Origin: Octopus bimaculoides
Lineage: Eukaryota
DNA: 39,670 nt
Direction of reading: 5' to 3'
Assembly (NCBI RefSeq): GCF_001194135.2
Contig: NC_068981.1
Span: forward strand, 16,526,667 to 16,566,336
Shown: positions 38,321 to 39,670 of the stretch, one piece after another
Layout: the number at the start of each line of letters is the position of its first letter
How positions within the stretch are numbered: position 1 is the first letter of the stretch
Translations under genes and position numbers: made by a program
The notes under the pieces: model-generated
What the model saw: only the letters and a program-made list of their open reading frames with translations
What the model was told of the DNA's origin: nothing
Database searches by the model: none

Positions 38321-39044
38321 TATTATTGCTCCTGTTATAGAGCCTCAGCGCCGAGGTTCCTAATGCTTTTGGTGTAGTTGCTGTAGGTGTTGCGACCCCT
38401 GCTGTTGTTTTTATCTCGAAATGGTGACTGAATTCTACTTGGAAAGCAATAATCGTAAACCAACAAGAGTTGCAGGTGCAGCATCAGTAATGAAATCAAG
38501 AAATGTAACGGCGGCGGTAACGACGACAATCACAGCGATGTGAATGGAATGCTGGCTTTACAGAGTCACGGCCAAAGCTAATATGACTCGTTATTCTTCA
38601 TCACTGTTTCTGTCGGTGACTCCATCCTAAGCACCTTTGCTATATACTTATTTCTACCCTTCTTACAACTATACTCCTATAATCCTAAGTATACCACCAT
38701 CACGTCAAATCCCCTACCAGTATGAATCATCATCCAATTCTAAAACACATGCATTTATATTATTCTTTGTTCGACTTACATCAAGTACGATAACGGATGT
38801 GCTACATGTACCATTGATTACAAAATTTCTGTGGCAGCATTCCCTTTAAGAAACTGTTCACCTCAGGAACTTTGTAGCCTTGGGGATTTACACCGACCGT
38901 TAAGAGCAATGTAAGCCTTAGAAGCTTCGACGGAATTCTAAGCCATTGACGATCCTTTGAGGAAACCCAAGAGAAAGCAGTCCTCCTGATTATATTTGTC
39001 TCACTACACGATAGGTACTTTAATTATGGATATCTAAAAATAGA

Positions 39045-39135
39045 ATGCAAATTTGGCTTTGCTGGGATATGAACTCGGAACCTAAAGTGCCGTCACTAAA
39101 TATCTCAAAAAATGTTGTCCAATACGCTCAATTGA
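39045..39135 (-). mobile_element. Highly degenerate SINE-C 5' fragment
   Basis: GAATGCAAA...TGAACTCGGAAC...AAATA resembles the reverse complement of the family C head and box. Confidence 0.4.
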
Positions 39136-39296
39136 TCCTTTATCGTAAGCACCATTTCTTTTGCAAGCAGCTCTATCATACACAAATCCATTATAAACAC
39201 AGTCGCCTCTCCTAAAAGTGCTACCACTACATTACACACACCATCACATCGACCATCATATCATCATATCTCATACATCATGAGTAAAAGAGAAAG

Positions 39297-39648
39297 AGTG
39301 CGGCCATGCTGGGGTACTGCCTTGAAGAAGTTTTAGTCGAATGAATCGATCCCAGTAATTTTTTTAGCCTTGGTGCTTATTCTATCAGTTCTCATTTACG
39401 GAACTGCTAAGTAACGGAGACGTAAACATACTAACACTGGTTGTCAAGCAGTGGTGGGGACGAATGGATACAAAGATGCATACACGTATACGATGGGTTT
39501 CTTACAGTTTCCGTCTACCAAATCCACTCACAAGGCTTTGTTCAACCCGAGGTTATAATAAAAGACATTTGCTCAAGGTGACACGCAGTGAGACTGAACC
39601 CACAACCATGTGGTTTGGAAGCAAACACATTACCACACAACCACGCCT
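39297..39648 (-). mobile_element. Older, nearly full-length SINE family A-related copy
   Basis: Reverse complement aligns along the length of 28588-28975 with many substitutions. Confidence 0.85.
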
Positions 39649-39670
39649 GAGCCTATATATATATATATAT

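Overview
AT-rich, repeat-saturated eukaryotic genomic DNA from a draft assembly. It has 9 N-gaps (3388-3886, 4799-5660, 6628-6756, 12801-12868, 14158-14547, 19902-19911, 23438-24398, 32527-32899, 35397-35699); most are flanked by microsatellites. The SINE families and dense compound microsatellites look like an octopus genome; this is recall-based inference, not a database hit. Nearly all ORFs in the supplied track are artefacts of N runs or simple repeats. Supportable content: (1) three multi-copy tRNA-head SINE groups, called A, B and C here, several with target-site duplications (TSDs). (2) Two decayed Tx1/L1-type LINE ORF2 remnants on + (~20420-21790, ~36510-37530). (3) Three R4/Dong-type REL-endonuclease LINE remnants on -, which repeatedly abut (TAA)n tracts. 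(4) A ~275-bp TSD-flanked fold-back element (38046-38320) carrying a minimal hammerhead ribozyme motif of the Penelope-like type, plus an internally deleted second copy (21946-22118). (5) A plausible signal-peptide-encoding first coding exon of a minus-strand gene (8885-8996) and a weaker chain of plus-strand candidate exons. No complete protein-coding gene, rRNA, true tRNA gene or CRISPR array is visible.
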